This document shows positions 48,722 to 57,874 of a DNA stretch of 64,000 nucleotides, piece by piece. The position numbers and the translations under genes were made by a program. The stretch covers positions 11,676-75,675 of the forward strand of contig CAWACI010000006.1 in NCBI GenBank assembly GCA_963780465.1, in the 5' to 3' direction. Source of the DNA: an uncultured Pseudomonadota bacterium (GTDB lineage Bacteria > Pseudomonadota > Alphaproteobacteria > Acetobacterales > Acetobacteraceae). The notes under the pieces were generated by a model. The model saw only the letters and a list, made by a program, of their open reading frames with translations. It had not been told where the DNA came from and ran no database searches. Numbering within the stretch: the first letter of the stretch is position 1; every line of letters starts with the position of its first letter.

Positions 48722-49963
48722 TGCGCCCGGTGTCGGAATCTGACTCTCTGGTGATTCAATCCGATTTCAATGAGGTCGCCCCCAATACCGCGCCCTGCGC
48801 CGACGGTGCGTGACCTTTAAATTCCCTGGGAGCGGTTCATGTGATTCGCTCTCTGTGCACTCGATTCGGGGAGGTTAGCATGGGGACGGCGATCCAGATC
48901 ACACGGATCGATTTCGACGCTGTGGGGCTTCGGCGCGAAGCGCGGTGTACAAAGGACGTGGCGGCTTCTCGGCGTATGCTTGCGCTCGCTTTAGTTCTGG
49001 AAGGCGCATCGCGCGCGGATGCCGCCAAGGCGGCGGGGATGGACCGCCAGACATTGCGGGACTGGGTGCATCGGTTCAACGAGCAGGGCCTCGCGGGTCT
49101 GTCCGACAAGACGGGCAATGTCGGCCCCAAGCCATTGCTGTCGGCCGAACAGGAAAGAGAAGTTGCCGAGTGGGTACGGCGCGGACCCGACCTGACCGAG
49201 CATGGCGTGATACGCTGGCGCCGGGCGGACCTCGCGCGGGCGATCGCGGCGAAGTTCGGTGTGGTGCTGGCCGAGCGCAGCATGAGTGACGTGCTCCGGC
49301 GAATGGGCTTCCGCCGGCTGGTGGCCAGGCCACGCCATCCCGGCCACGACGCCGCAGCGCAAGCGTCTTTCAAGGCAACTTCGCCGCCCTCGTAGATGAA
49401 GCGCTACCAGAGCATGCCCGCGGCAAGCCGCTTGAGCTCTGGTGGCAGGACGAGGCCCGCATCGGTCAGCAGGGAACCCTGACCCGGGTCTGGGCCGAGC
49501 GCGGCTCGCGGCCCTCGGCCCCCCGCGATCAGCGCTACGACTGGGCCTATATCTTCGGCGCGATCTGCCCGGCCCGCGGCATCGGAGCCGCGCTGGTTCT
49601 GCCGTTCGCCAACGCTGAGATGATGAATCTGCACCTCGCGGAGATCAGCACGAATGTCGCCCCCGGAGCGCACGCCGTGCTCACAATCGACGGCGCAGGC
49701 TGGCACCAGAAAGGCGACAAGCTCCGCGTCCCCGACAACATCACCCTCCTGCACTTGCCGCCCTACAGTCCCGAACTCAATCCCGTCGAGAACGTCTTGG
49801 CCTACCTGCGCAGCAACAAACTCAGCAACCGCGTCTTCGAAACCTACGAGGATATCGTTGATGCCTGCTGCGATGCATGGCGATGGTTCACATCCCAACC
49901 CGACCACATCACGTCAATCGGAACACGCCTTTGGGCATGCGTCAGTTAATGACACCGAGCGTA
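48722..49963 (+). mobile_element. IS630-family insertion sequence; transposase in two frames (48880-49395 and about 49370-49949)
   Basis: IRs TGCGCCCGGTGTCGGAATCTGAC / rc TACGCTCGGTGTCATTAACTGAC (17/23). GMDRQTLRDWVHRFN, WQDEARIGQ, DGAGWH, LPPYSPELNPVEN. Confidence 0.85.
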
Positions 49964-49992
49964 TGAGCGCCCTGGGAGAACCCGTAGCGCCA

Positions 49993-50022
49993 TAAAAAAG
50001 GCGGGATCACGATCCCGCCTTT
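49993..50022 (-). terminator. Intrinsic terminator downstream of the FAH gene
   Basis: AAAGGCGGGATC-AC-GATCCCGCCTTT perfect stem followed by a T-run on the minus strand. Confidence 0.8.
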
Positions 50023-50047
50023 CCCGCAAGAGTTTTTGGATGAGTGA

Positions 50048-50734
50048 TTACACCAAGCGCGTCGTCACCTTGCCAACACCCTCGATTTCGCCCTCAAGCA
50101 CGTCACCGCGGGTGACGGCCGCGACACCTTCCGGCGTGCCGGTGAAGATGAGATCGCCCGGCGCCAGCGCCACAAGCTTGGACAACGCGGCGATGATATC
50201 CGGCACCGGCCAGATCTGATCGGCCAGGTCGCCAGCCTGCCGGCTCGCGCCGTTCACGTTGAGAGCAATGCGGCCGGCCGCCGGATGGCCGCTGGTGGTG
50301 GCCGGGGTGATCTCGCCGATGGGCGCCGAGGCATCGAAGCCTTTGCTCATATCCCAGGGGCGGCGCATCGCTTTCGCCTCGTCCTGCAAATCGCGACGGG
50401 TCAGATCGAGCCCGGCCGCATAGCCGTACACATGCGCCAGCGCCTCGGCAGCGGCAATATCCTTGCCGCCTTTGCCGATGGCCACGACCAGCTCCATCTC
50501 ATGGTGCAGGTTCGCGGTGGCAGTCGGATACGGCGCATCGGCGCCCTTCGTCACCAGCGCATCGGCGGGTTTGGTGAAGAAAAACGGCGGTTCGCGGTTC
50601 GGGTCGTTGCCCATCTCGCGCGCATGCGCCGCGTAATTGCGCCCGACGCAGAAGACGCGCCGGACCGGGAAGAGTTTACCGCCCGCAACAGGAACCGCCA
50701 CAACCGGCGGCGGCGTGATCACGTAATCGCTCAT
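50048..50734 (-). CDS. Fumarylacetoacetate hydrolase-family protein (acylpyruvate hydrolase-like)
   Basis: FPVRRVFCVGRNYAAHAREMG, FF.KP, HHE.ELVV, K.FD.SAP, GDLIFTGTPEGV. Confidence 0.92.
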   Translation of the reverse strand: MSDYVITPPPVVAVPVAGGKLFPVRRVFCVGRNYAAHAREMGNDPNREPPFFFTKPADALVTKGADAPYPTATANLHHEMELVVAIGKGGKDIAAAEALAHVYGYAAGLDLTRRDLQDEAKAMRRPWDMSKGFDASAPIGEITPATTSGHPAAGRIALNVNGASRQAGDLADQIWPVPDIIAALSKLVALAPGDLIFTGTPEGVAAVTRGDVLEGEIEGVGKVTTRLV

Positions 50735-50747
50735 ACCGTCTTGCTCC

Positions 50748-51677
50748 TCAAAACCGTGCGCGGGCGTCATGCCGCGCGACCCGGCTCAGCAGATAATCGA
50801 TTTCCTGTCGCGCCGCCATGCTCAGCCCCGCACCCGGCTTGCGCTGCGCGTCATGGGCGATGGCGCCGCGCTTCTGCAGCACATATTTGCGTACCGCCAA
50901 GCCAACGCCCTGTTGTTGCTCATAACGGACCAGCGGCAAATGCGCATCGAACAGGTCATGCGCCGCATCGCGCCGCCCGGCCTTTGAGTGGGCCACCACA
51001 TCGACCAGCATGTCCGGAAAGGCGTAGCCGGTCATCGCGCCATCAGCACCGCGCTCCATCTCGAAATCCAGGAACAACCCGCCATTGCCGGTGAGAATGG
51101 AGAGCGGCCGCAGCGAACCTTCCTTCTGGAAGTTGCGCAGCGTGGAAATCTTTTCCAGCCCCGGCCAGTCCTCATGCTTCAGCATCACGCAGGACGGATT
51201 GTCCATGACGATCTGCCGGATCACTTTCGGCGTCATCACCACGCTTAACGTGAGCGGGTAATCCTGGATGACCACCGGTGTGTCAGCCCCCACCGCCTCG
51301 ATCGCTTGGCTGTAATAGGTGAGGATCTGCTCGTCGGTCCGCAATGAGGGCACCGGCGCGATCATCACGCCGGCGGCGCCATCATCCATGACGCCGCGCG
51401 CCAAAGCCCGCATCGCCGCAAAGCCTGGCGCGGACACACCAACGATCACCGGCACCTGGGATTTGCGGATCACCTGCCGGGCGATGGCGCGGGACTCCGC
51501 GGCCTCCAGTTTCGGCGCCTCGCCCATGATGCCGAGGATCGTCAGCCCGGTGACCCCGCAGCGGTGATAAAAATCCACCATCATATCGATGGATGTTTCA
51601 TCAACCGCACCCTCCGGGGTGAACGGCGTGGGGGCGATGGCGTAAACGCCGCTGGCGGTATGATCAATGCGCATCAA
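50748..51677 (-). CDS. DapA/NanA-family class I aldolase/dehydratase
   Basis: IAPTPF, LGIMGE, IQDYP, Schiff-base lysine in MLKHED, GNGGLF..FE..RGADGAMTG. Confidence 0.88.
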   Translation of the reverse strand: MMRIDHTASGVYAIAPTPFTPEGAVDETSIDMMVDFYHRCGVTGLTILGIMGEAPKLEAAESRAIARQVIRKSQVPVIVGVSAPGFAAMRALARGVMDDGAAGVMIAPVPSLRTDEQILTYYSQAIEAVGADTPVVIQDYPLTLSVVMTPKVIRQIVMDNPSCVMLKHEDWPGLEKISTLRNFQKEGSLRPLSILTGNGGLFLDFEMERGADGAMTGYAFPDMLVDVVAHSKAGRRDAAHDLFDAHLPLVRYEQQQGVGLAVRKYVLQKRGAIAHDAQRKPGAGLSMAARQEIDYLLSRVARHDARARF

Positions 51678-52657
51678 ACTTTATCCATCTGCTTGCGTGC
51701 CGGAACCGGCGTTTCCGCCACCGGCGTCAGCGGCCCCTTGCCTTCGAACCAGGAGATCACGTTATCGATGACCAATTGCGCCATCAACCCGCGCGTATGA
51801 TGCGTGGCCGTGCCGATATGCGGCAACAGCACCACATTCTCCATCTGCTTCAGCGCGTCGGGCACATGCGGCTCCTTGGCGAACACGTCGAGGCCCGCGG
51901 CCAGGATCTTGCCGGTTTGCAGCGCTTCGATCAGCGCCGCCTCATCAACCACCGATCCGCGCGCCACGTTGATAAGAATCCCATTCGGCCCGAGTGCGGC
52001 AAGAATTTCCGCGTCGACGACGTTTTGCGTCTGCGGACCGCCCGGCAGCACCACGATCAGAACATCGACCGCTTCCGCCAGGCTCTTCAGCGTCGCGTGG
52101 TACGGGTAGCGCAGATCCGGCTGCGGGCGGCGCATGAACACCGAGACCGGAATGTCGAAACCGTCGAGCCGCTTGGCAATGACCTTGCCGATGCGCCCCA
52201 TGCCGGCGATGCCCACCTTGCGGCCGCGCAGCGAGGCGCCGAGCGGAAACGCCTCGCTCTTTTCCCACTGGCCCGAGCGTACGAAACGGTCCGCCTGCGG
52301 AAAGCTGCGGATGGTCGTCAGCATCAACCCCACGGTGAAATCCGCCATCTCGTCGTTCAGCACATCCGGCGTATTGGTCACCACCACGCCGTGCTTCGCG
52401 GCGGCGGCCACATCCACGGAATCATAGCCGACGCCGAAATTGCTGACGATTTGCAGGTTCGGCAGGCGTTCGATCAGTTCCGCGGTGGTGCGAATCCGGC
52501 CGCGGGTCACCAGGCCCACAATGTCCTTGCCATGTTCGGCAATGATGTTGTCCAGCCCCAGAACATCGTCACGAAAAACCTCGTAACGTTCGGCCAGGGC
52601 CGCATCGACCCGCTTGTCCATCGCGCCAATGCTCAGAATTTTAATACGATTGCTCAT
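51674..52657 (-). CDS. D-isomer-specific 2-hydroxyacid dehydrogenase
   Basis: FGVGYD.VD, TNTPDVL, G.AGMGRIG, LINVARGSVVDE, AGLDVF..EP, LLPHIG.AT. Confidence 0.93.
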   Translation of the reverse strand: MSNRIKILSIGAMDKRVDAALAERYEVFRDDVLGLDNIIAEHGKDIVGLVTRGRIRTTAELIERLPNLQIVSNFGVGYDSVDVAAAAKHGVVVTNTPDVLNDEMADFTVGLMLTTIRSFPQADRFVRSGQWEKSEAFPLGASLRGRKVGIAGMGRIGKVIAKRLDGFDIPVSVFMRRPQPDLRYPYHATLKSLAEAVDVLIVVLPGGPQTQNVVDAEILAALGPNGILINVARGSVVDEAALIEALQTGKILAAGLDVFAKEPHVPDALKQMENVVLLPHIGTATHHTRGLMAQLVIDNVISWFEGKGPLTPVAETPVPARKQMDKV

Positions 52658-52707
52658 TGAATATTTCAGGCTCCCGTCGCTTGCGGTTCAAATATCAGAA
52701 GATCAGA

Positions 52708-54429
52708 TCAGGCCTTGTTCTCTGCGCCGCCATCGCGCAGCAGAAAATCAAAATCGCAGCCCTGGTTGGCCTGCAATACGCTGTCCTCGTACAGCTTCGC
52801 GTAGCCGCGCTTGGCCATCTCGCGATGCGGCTTCTGCGTCTTCCAGATCTCCAGCCGGCGCTGCAATTCCGCATCGTCGATCAGCAACTCGATCTGCCGC
52901 GCTTCCACATCCAAAGTGATCCGGTCACCCGTCTGCACCACCGCCAGCGGTCCGCCGACGGCCGCCTCCGGCGCAATATGCAATACGATGGTGCCGAACG
53001 CCGTGCCGCTCATGCGCGCATCGGAGATGCGCACCATGTCCTTCACCCCCTGCCGCGCCAGCTTCAGCGGAATCGGCAGATAGCCGGCTTCCGGCATGCC
53101 CGGCGCGCCCTTCGGCCCGGCATTGCGCAGCACCAGAATATCGTCGGCATTCACATCGAGATCCGGCAGGTCGATGCGGTTGGTCAGATCCTCCACGGAC
53201 TCGAACACCACGGCACGGCCGGTATGTTTGAGCAGTGCCGGCGAGGCGGCCGAGTGTTTGATGACCGCGCCATCCGGGGCCAGATTGCCCTGCAGGATCG
53301 CCATCGCGCCTTCCTGCTTCAGCGGCGAGGCAAAGCTGTAGATCACGTTCTGGTTCGGCACCGTCTCCGCCGCGGCGATGGCATCGCCCAGCGTGCCGCC
53401 GGAAACACTCGGCGCGTTCAGGTCGAGGAACGGCGTCAGCTCGCGCATCAGCGCCGGCAGACCACCCGCGTAATGGAAATGCTCCATATAATGCTGGCCG
53501 GACGGCTTCAGATTCAACAGCACCGGAATTTCACGCCCCAGCTTGTCGAACGCGTCCATATCCACCTTCACGCCGGCGCGGCCCGCCATGGCGGTGAGAT
53601 GGATCAGGCCGTTGGTCGAACCGCCGATCGCCTGCAGTACGATCATCGCGTTGCGCACGGAAGACTCCGTGATCAGCTCAGCCGGCGTCGGCGAACCCGA
53701 CACGGCCATTTCCGCGGCGCGCTTGCCGCTCAGCTCCGCGATCCGCCGGCGGTCGGCATGGGTGGCGGGGGCTGCGGCGCTGTTCGGCAGCGCCATGCCC
53801 AAGGCTTCGACCACGCAGGCCATGGTGCTGGCGGTGCCCATCACCATGCAGGTGCCGACGGAGGGCGCCAGACGGCCGCTGATCACCTTGATCTCGGCCT
53901 CGTCGATCGTGCCCGCGCGATGCTGCCCCCAGAGCCGGCGGCAATCGGTGCAGGCGCCCAGAACTTCGCCCTTATGGTGACCCACCACCATCGGTCCGGT
54001 CTGCACGACGATGGTCGGCAGATCCATGCTCGCCGCCGCCATCACCTGCGCCGGCAAGGTCTTGTCGCAGCCGCCGATCACCACGACCGCATCCATCGGC
54101 TGCGCGCGCATCATTTCTTCCGTGTCCATCGCCATCAGATTGCGCAGGAACATCGAGGTGGGATGCGCAAAGCTCTCGCCGATCGAAATCGTCGGGAACA
54201 CCATCGGCAGGCCACCGGCCAGCATCACGCCGCGCTTCACGCTCTCGATCAGATCGGGCACATTGCCGTGGCAGGGATTATAATCGCTGAAAGTATCGGT
54301 GATGCCGATGATCGGCCGCTCCAGCGCATCGTCCGAAAACCCCATCGCCTTGATGAAGGCCGTACGCAAAAACAAGGAAAATCCGGCATCTCCGTAGCTG
54401 GTGAGCCCTTTGCGTAGACCTTTTGTCAT
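52708..54429 (-). CDS. IlvD/Edd-family dehydratase (probably a sugar-acid dehydratase)
   Basis: NPCH, GGCDKT.PA, GACTDCRR, GTCMVMGTASTM, GGSTN, GPKGAPGMPE, SDARMSGT.FG..VLH.APEA. Confidence 0.92.
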   Translation of the reverse strand: MTKGLRKGLTSYGDAGFSLFLRTAFIKAMGFSDDALERPIIGITDTFSDYNPCHGNVPDLIESVKRGVMLAGGLPMVFPTISIGESFAHPTSMFLRNLMAMDTEEMMRAQPMDAVVVIGGCDKTLPAQVMAAASMDLPTIVVQTGPMVVGHHKGEVLGACTDCRRLWGQHRAGTIDEAEIKVISGRLAPSVGTCMVMGTASTMACVVEALGMALPNSAAAPATHADRRRIAELSGKRAAEMAVSGSPTPAELITESSVRNAMIVLQAIGGSTNGLIHLTAMAGRAGVKVDMDAFDKLGREIPVLLNLKPSGQHYMEHFHYAGGLPALMRELTPFLDLNAPSVSGGTLGDAIAAAETVPNQNVIYSFASPLKQEGAMAILQGNLAPDGAVIKHSAASPALLKHTGRAVVFESVEDLTNRIDLPDLDVNADDILVLRNAGPKGAPGMPEAGYLPIPLKLARQGVKDMVRISDARMSGTAFGTIVLHIAPEAAVGGPLAVVQTGDRITLDVEARQIELLIDDAELQRRLEIWKTQKPHREMAKRGYAKLYEDSVLQANQGCDFDFLLRDGGAENKA

Positions 54430-54554
54430 ATCTCGTTCCCTCTAAAAATCGCGCCCCGGCTCAGCCCGCCGGGCATTAGGCATGGGACAATATAAGAGCA
54501 CCTCCGAAAAAAAATATAGATTCCGGTATGATTAGACCATATATTTTCTTTTCA

Positions 54555-55433
54555 ATGGATACTGAATTTTTAGATAGCTTCGTCATGGTGGTCGAGCATG
54601 GCTCGGTGGCCGAGGCGGCACGGCAACTCAACCTCACAGCCGCCGCCGTCACGCAGCGGATCCGCGCGTTAGAGAGGGAAATTGGCACGGCGTTAGTATC
54701 GCGCTCAGGCCGCAACATGCGCCCGACCGAAGCCGGCGCCGCCGTGCTCTCCCAGGCACAACAGCTGTTGCGCGGCGTGCGCGACCTGCGCACCATGGCG
54801 AACGAGCAGAATTTCGCCGGCGAGCTCAGCCTTGGCGCGATCTCCAGCGCCCTCACCGGTATTCTGCCGCCGATCCTGGCAAGGCTGGCGCAAAAACATC
54901 CGCTCATGACGCTCTATATACACCCTGGCACCTCGGCGGATCTGTACCGGAAGCTCGCCGATGGCGAGCTCGATGCCGCGGTCATCGTTGAACCGCAATT
55001 CGCCCTGCCGAAAACCTGCGGCTGGACGACCTGGCGCGAAGAGCCGCTGGTGCTGCTGGCCCATCGCGGGATCAAGGAACGTGACGTGCACAAGATCCTC
55101 GCGACCGAACCGTTCATTCGCTACGACCGCAAGCAATGGGGCGGGCGCCTGGCGGAAACCTATCTGCAGCAGACGGGTATCCGCCCGCACGACCATTACG
55201 AGTTGGATTCACTCGACGCGATTGCTGTTCTGGTCGACCAGGAGCTTGGCGTCGCGTTAGTGCCAGACTGGGCGCCGCCCTGGCCGGCGGGCTTGAACCT
55301 CACCAAGCTTCCCGTACCGATCCCGTTTCAGAACCGCCGGATCGGCGTGCTCTGGCGTCGCGCCTCCGCACGGCTGCAACTCGTTCAGGCGCTCCTGAAC
55401 GAGTCAGAGCAGCCACGGGCCATACTCGGTTAA
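54555..55433 (+). CDS. LysR-family transcriptional regulator
   Basis: L.SF..V.E.GS.A.AA..LN.T..AV.QRIR.LE..IG..L..R; C-terminal substrate domain. Divergent from the dehydratase. Confidence 0.94.
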   Translation: MDTEFLDSFVMVVEHGSVAEAARQLNLTAAAVTQRIRALEREIGTALVSRSGRNMRPTEAGAAVLSQAQQLLRGVRDLRTMANEQNFAGELSLGAISSALTGILPPILARLAQKHPLMTLYIHPGTSADLYRKLADGELDAAVIVEPQFALPKTCGWTTWREEPLVLLAHRGIKERDVHKILATEPFIRYDRKQWGGRLAETYLQQTGIRPHDHYELDSLDAIAVLVDQELGVALVPDWAPPWPAGLNLTKLPVPIPFQNRRIGVLWRRASARLQLVQALLNESEQPRAILG

Positions 55434-55455
55434 AAACCGAGGAAGTTACAAGTTC

Positions 55456-55597
55456 GAGTAGAAAGACTTCTTTTTGTGAACAAAAAGAAGCAAAAAAACT
55501 TCTGTAAACTGGGCCGTGCCGGTTTCAACGCCACGGGCCCAGTTAAACAAAAGTTTTTTTGCGCCGCTTTTTTTCAAAAAAGCGGCTGCTTCCTCCC
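55456..55597. repeat. MITE-like repeat, copy 9 (core) between convergent genes
   Basis: GACTTCTTTTTGTGAACAAAAAGAAG-CAAAAAAACTT...CTGGGCC...GGGCCCAG...AAAAGTTTTTTT-GCGCCGCTTTTTTTCAAAAAAGCGGCTGC. Confidence 0.9.
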
Positions 55598-55609
55598 TTT
55601 TCTTGTACC

Positions 55610-56920
55610 TTAGCGATTGACCAGCTTCGCCGGGACAAAGGCCAAGATCAGCCCCGCCGACAACACGAGACAGGCTGCGACGAGCAACAGACCGGAATTC
55701 AAGGTCCCTGTGTAATCCTTCAGGAGCCCGATGATCGCGGGGCTAAAAAATCCCGCAAGATTGCCAGTGCAGTTCACCAGCGCAATCCCCGCCGCCGCCG
55801 CGGCGCCACCAAGGAACGAGGTCGGCAGCGCCCAGAACATCGGCAGCGCGGTGACAACGCCCACCACCGCCATGATCAGGCCGATCATCGCGATCACCGT
55901 GCTGCTGCCCGCCTGTGTGCACAACACGAAGCCACAGGCCGCCACGAGCTGGGGCACCACCACATGCCAGCGGCGCTCGCGCCATTTATCCGCATGCCGT
56001 CCGACCAGAATCATCGAAATCAAGGCCGCCGTGTAGGGAATCATCGTCAACAGGCCGATCACGAAGGAATCCTTGATCCCGGTCTGACGGATGATCGTCG
56101 GCTGCCAGAAGCCGAGCGCATAGGACCCCATGACGATGCCGAACAGGATCGTGCACATCAGCCAGACCCGGGCGCTGACAAACACCGACAGCACCGTATG
56201 ATGGGTTTTGACGCTGGCTTCCTGGTTGATTTCGGCGACGACAATCGCCTTCTCTTCCGCGCTGAGCCATTTCGCCTCGCTCACCCGGTTATCGAGATAG
56301 AACAGAATGATGATGCCGAGCACCACCGCCGGCGCGGCCTCGATCAGGAACAGCCACTGCCAGCCCGCCACACCATGGGCGCCACCCATGCTATGCAGAA
56401 TATAGCCCGATAGCGGGCCGCCGAGAATGCCGGAGACCGGGTTACCGGCCATCAGCATGGCGATCATTTTCGCGCGGCGGTGCGAGGGAAACCAGTAGGT
56501 GAGATACAACACCATGCCGGGGAAGAACCCCGCCTCCGCGACGCCGAGCAGAAACCGGACAGTGTAGAATTCCCAAGGCGTGGTAACGAACGCCGTGCAG
56601 GCCGAGACCAGCCCCCAGACCACCAGCACACGGCAGATCCACACCCGCGCGCCGACTTTGTGCAAGATCACGTTGCTTGGCACTTCGAAAATGAAATAGC
56701 CGATGAAAAACACGCCGGCGCCGAAGCCGTAGACCGCGTTGCTGAAGTGCAGCGCATCCAGCATCTGCAGCTTGGCGAAGCCGACATTCACCCGGTCCAG
56801 ATAGGCAATGATGTAGCCAATGAAGAGGATTGGCATAATCCGCCAGGCGATTTTGCTATAAAGCGCATCACCGGCGCTGACCGCCTCGATCTCGGACCCG
56901 GCATAGCCTATTTGCGACAT
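55610..56920 (-). CDS. MFS transporter, anion:cation symporter family (aldarate/tartrate-like)
   Basis: YIIAYLDRVN.GFAKL.M, YFIFEVPSN.IL.KVGAR.W, RFLLG.AEAGFFPG..LYLTYWFP, GWQWLF..EA.PA. Confidence 0.92.
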   Translation of the reverse strand: MSQIGYAGSEIEAVSAGDALYSKIAWRIMPILFIGYIIAYLDRVNVGFAKLQMLDALHFSNAVYGFGAGVFFIGYFIFEVPSNVILHKVGARVWICRVLVVWGLVSACTAFVTTPWEFYTVRFLLGVAEAGFFPGMVLYLTYWFPSHRRAKMIAMLMAGNPVSGILGGPLSGYILHSMGGAHGVAGWQWLFLIEAAPAVVLGIIILFYLDNRVSEAKWLSAEEKAIVVAEINQEASVKTHHTVLSVFVSARVWLMCTILFGIVMGSYALGFWQPTIIRQTGIKDSFVIGLLTMIPYTAALISMILVGRHADKWRERRWHVVVPQLVAACGFVLCTQAGSSTVIAMIGLIMAVVGVVTALPMFWALPTSFLGGAAAAAGIALVNCTGNLAGFFSPAIIGLLKDYTGTLNSGLLLVAACLVLSAGLILAFVPAKLVNR

Positions 56921-57007
56921 CTGTTCTATTCCCCAAAGCATTGTTTTTATAGCAAAACGGCGGCTCTATATTTCCAGCCGCCGTGAAGTCGTCGGACGAA
57001 AATTCAG

Positions 57008-57853
57008 CTACTGATCTGCAAACTGCGCGATCGGCACCGGCCTGTCGCGGGAATAGTCGATCCCGCAATAGCCCCCGCCCTGATAACGCTCGACGACCGG
57101 GTTACCACTGGTCTTGCCATCCAGCTCCGGCGTGTAGGAATCAACGCTGTCGGTCGGCTCCCAGCCGATGACCTTGCGCCCATCCTTGCGCCACCAGGTC
57201 ATGCGCTTGTTCTTGGACGCACCCCAGATCACGAGGCAGCCGGCCTCTCCGGTGGTCGGCGCCAGCGTGCTGCGCTCCACCAGCCGCAACAAATCGCCGT
57301 AGGAAAACCAGGTCGCCAGCATCCGGTCATCGACCGGCTTGGGCGTGCAGGAGCCGATGCGCAGAAAGACGCTCTCCACACCATGCTTGTCCCAGTACAA
57401 GCGCCCCATCAATTCGCCATAGGCTTTCGACAGGCCATAATACCCGTCGGGACGCAGATAGCTGTCGTCATCGACAACTTCGCCGCGCTCATGGAAGCCG
57501 ATCGTATGGTTCGACGAAGCGAACACCATGCGCGCATTCTCGCGCCGCGCCGCCTCATAGGCATGATACAGCCCCCTAATGTTCGGACCGATCACCGTCT
57601 CGAACGGGTGCTCGACCGAAATGCCGCCGAAATGCAGAATCGTTCCGCAGCCTTCGGCGAGGCGCAGAATCATCGCCCCGTCGTTCAGATCGGCCAGGGT
57701 GAAACTGGCACCTTCGGGAACGCTCCCGGGAAATGGCGCACGATCCGTCAGGCGCAGCTTCCAGCCGCGGCCTGCCAGCTCGCGCGCCAGCATCTGGCCC
57801 AGCGCGCCAGAAGCGCCTGTCAACAAAACGGGTTTCCCGGGAACGTCCATCAC
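57008..57853 (-). CDS. udh: NAD-dependent uronate dehydrogenase-like extended SDR
   Basis: TGASG.LG, HFGG.S.E..F..V..PNI.G, FASSNH.IGF, PDG.YGLSK.YGE..G..Y.DK.G.ES..LRIGSC, RML.TW.S..DL: the Udh pattern. Confidence 0.8.
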   Translation of the reverse strand: MMDVPGKPVLLTGASGALGQMLARELAGRGWKLRLTDRAPFPGSVPEGASFTLADLNDGAMILRLAEGCGTILHFGGISVEHPFETVIGPNIRGLYHAYEAARRENARMVFASSNHTIGFHERGEVVDDDSYLRPDGYYGLSKAYGELMGRLYWDKHGVESVFLRIGSCTPKPVDDRMLATWFSYGDLLRLVERSTLAPTTGEAGCLVIWGASKNKRMTWWRKDGRKVIGWEPTDSVDSYTPELDGKTSGNPVVERYQGGGYCGIDYSRDRPVPIAQFADQ

Positions 57854-57874
57854 TGTCTCCTTATACCAAGTCCA

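Larger units (their letters stand above)
45374..48723 (+). pseudogene. flgJ: Flagellar rod peptidoglycan hydrolase FlgJ, split by ISL3, ISAs1 and IS630
   Basis: Joining 45374-45426, 46931-47252 and 48456 onward gives one frame: FAAQIWP...AAQALGVP...LAQTALETGWG...NNLFGIKA...T.E.V......F..Y......DY...; after a T9 slip at 48583-48591, ..LQNSGYATDANYAQKLI. Confidence 0.82.

Noticed and set aside
2216-55597. Repeats considered as a CRISPR array or tRNA/ncRNA genes
   Set aside because: Copies are dispersed kilobases apart with no repeat-spacer periodicity and no cas genes; there is no cloverleaf, T-loop or CCA signature.
2212-55600. Short ORFs rich in FFEKKKQK / FFCFFLFTK (2212-2397, 7235-7699, 20224-20749, 34191-34868, 35456-35895 and others)
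   Set aside because: All are translations of the MITE hairpins, not genes.
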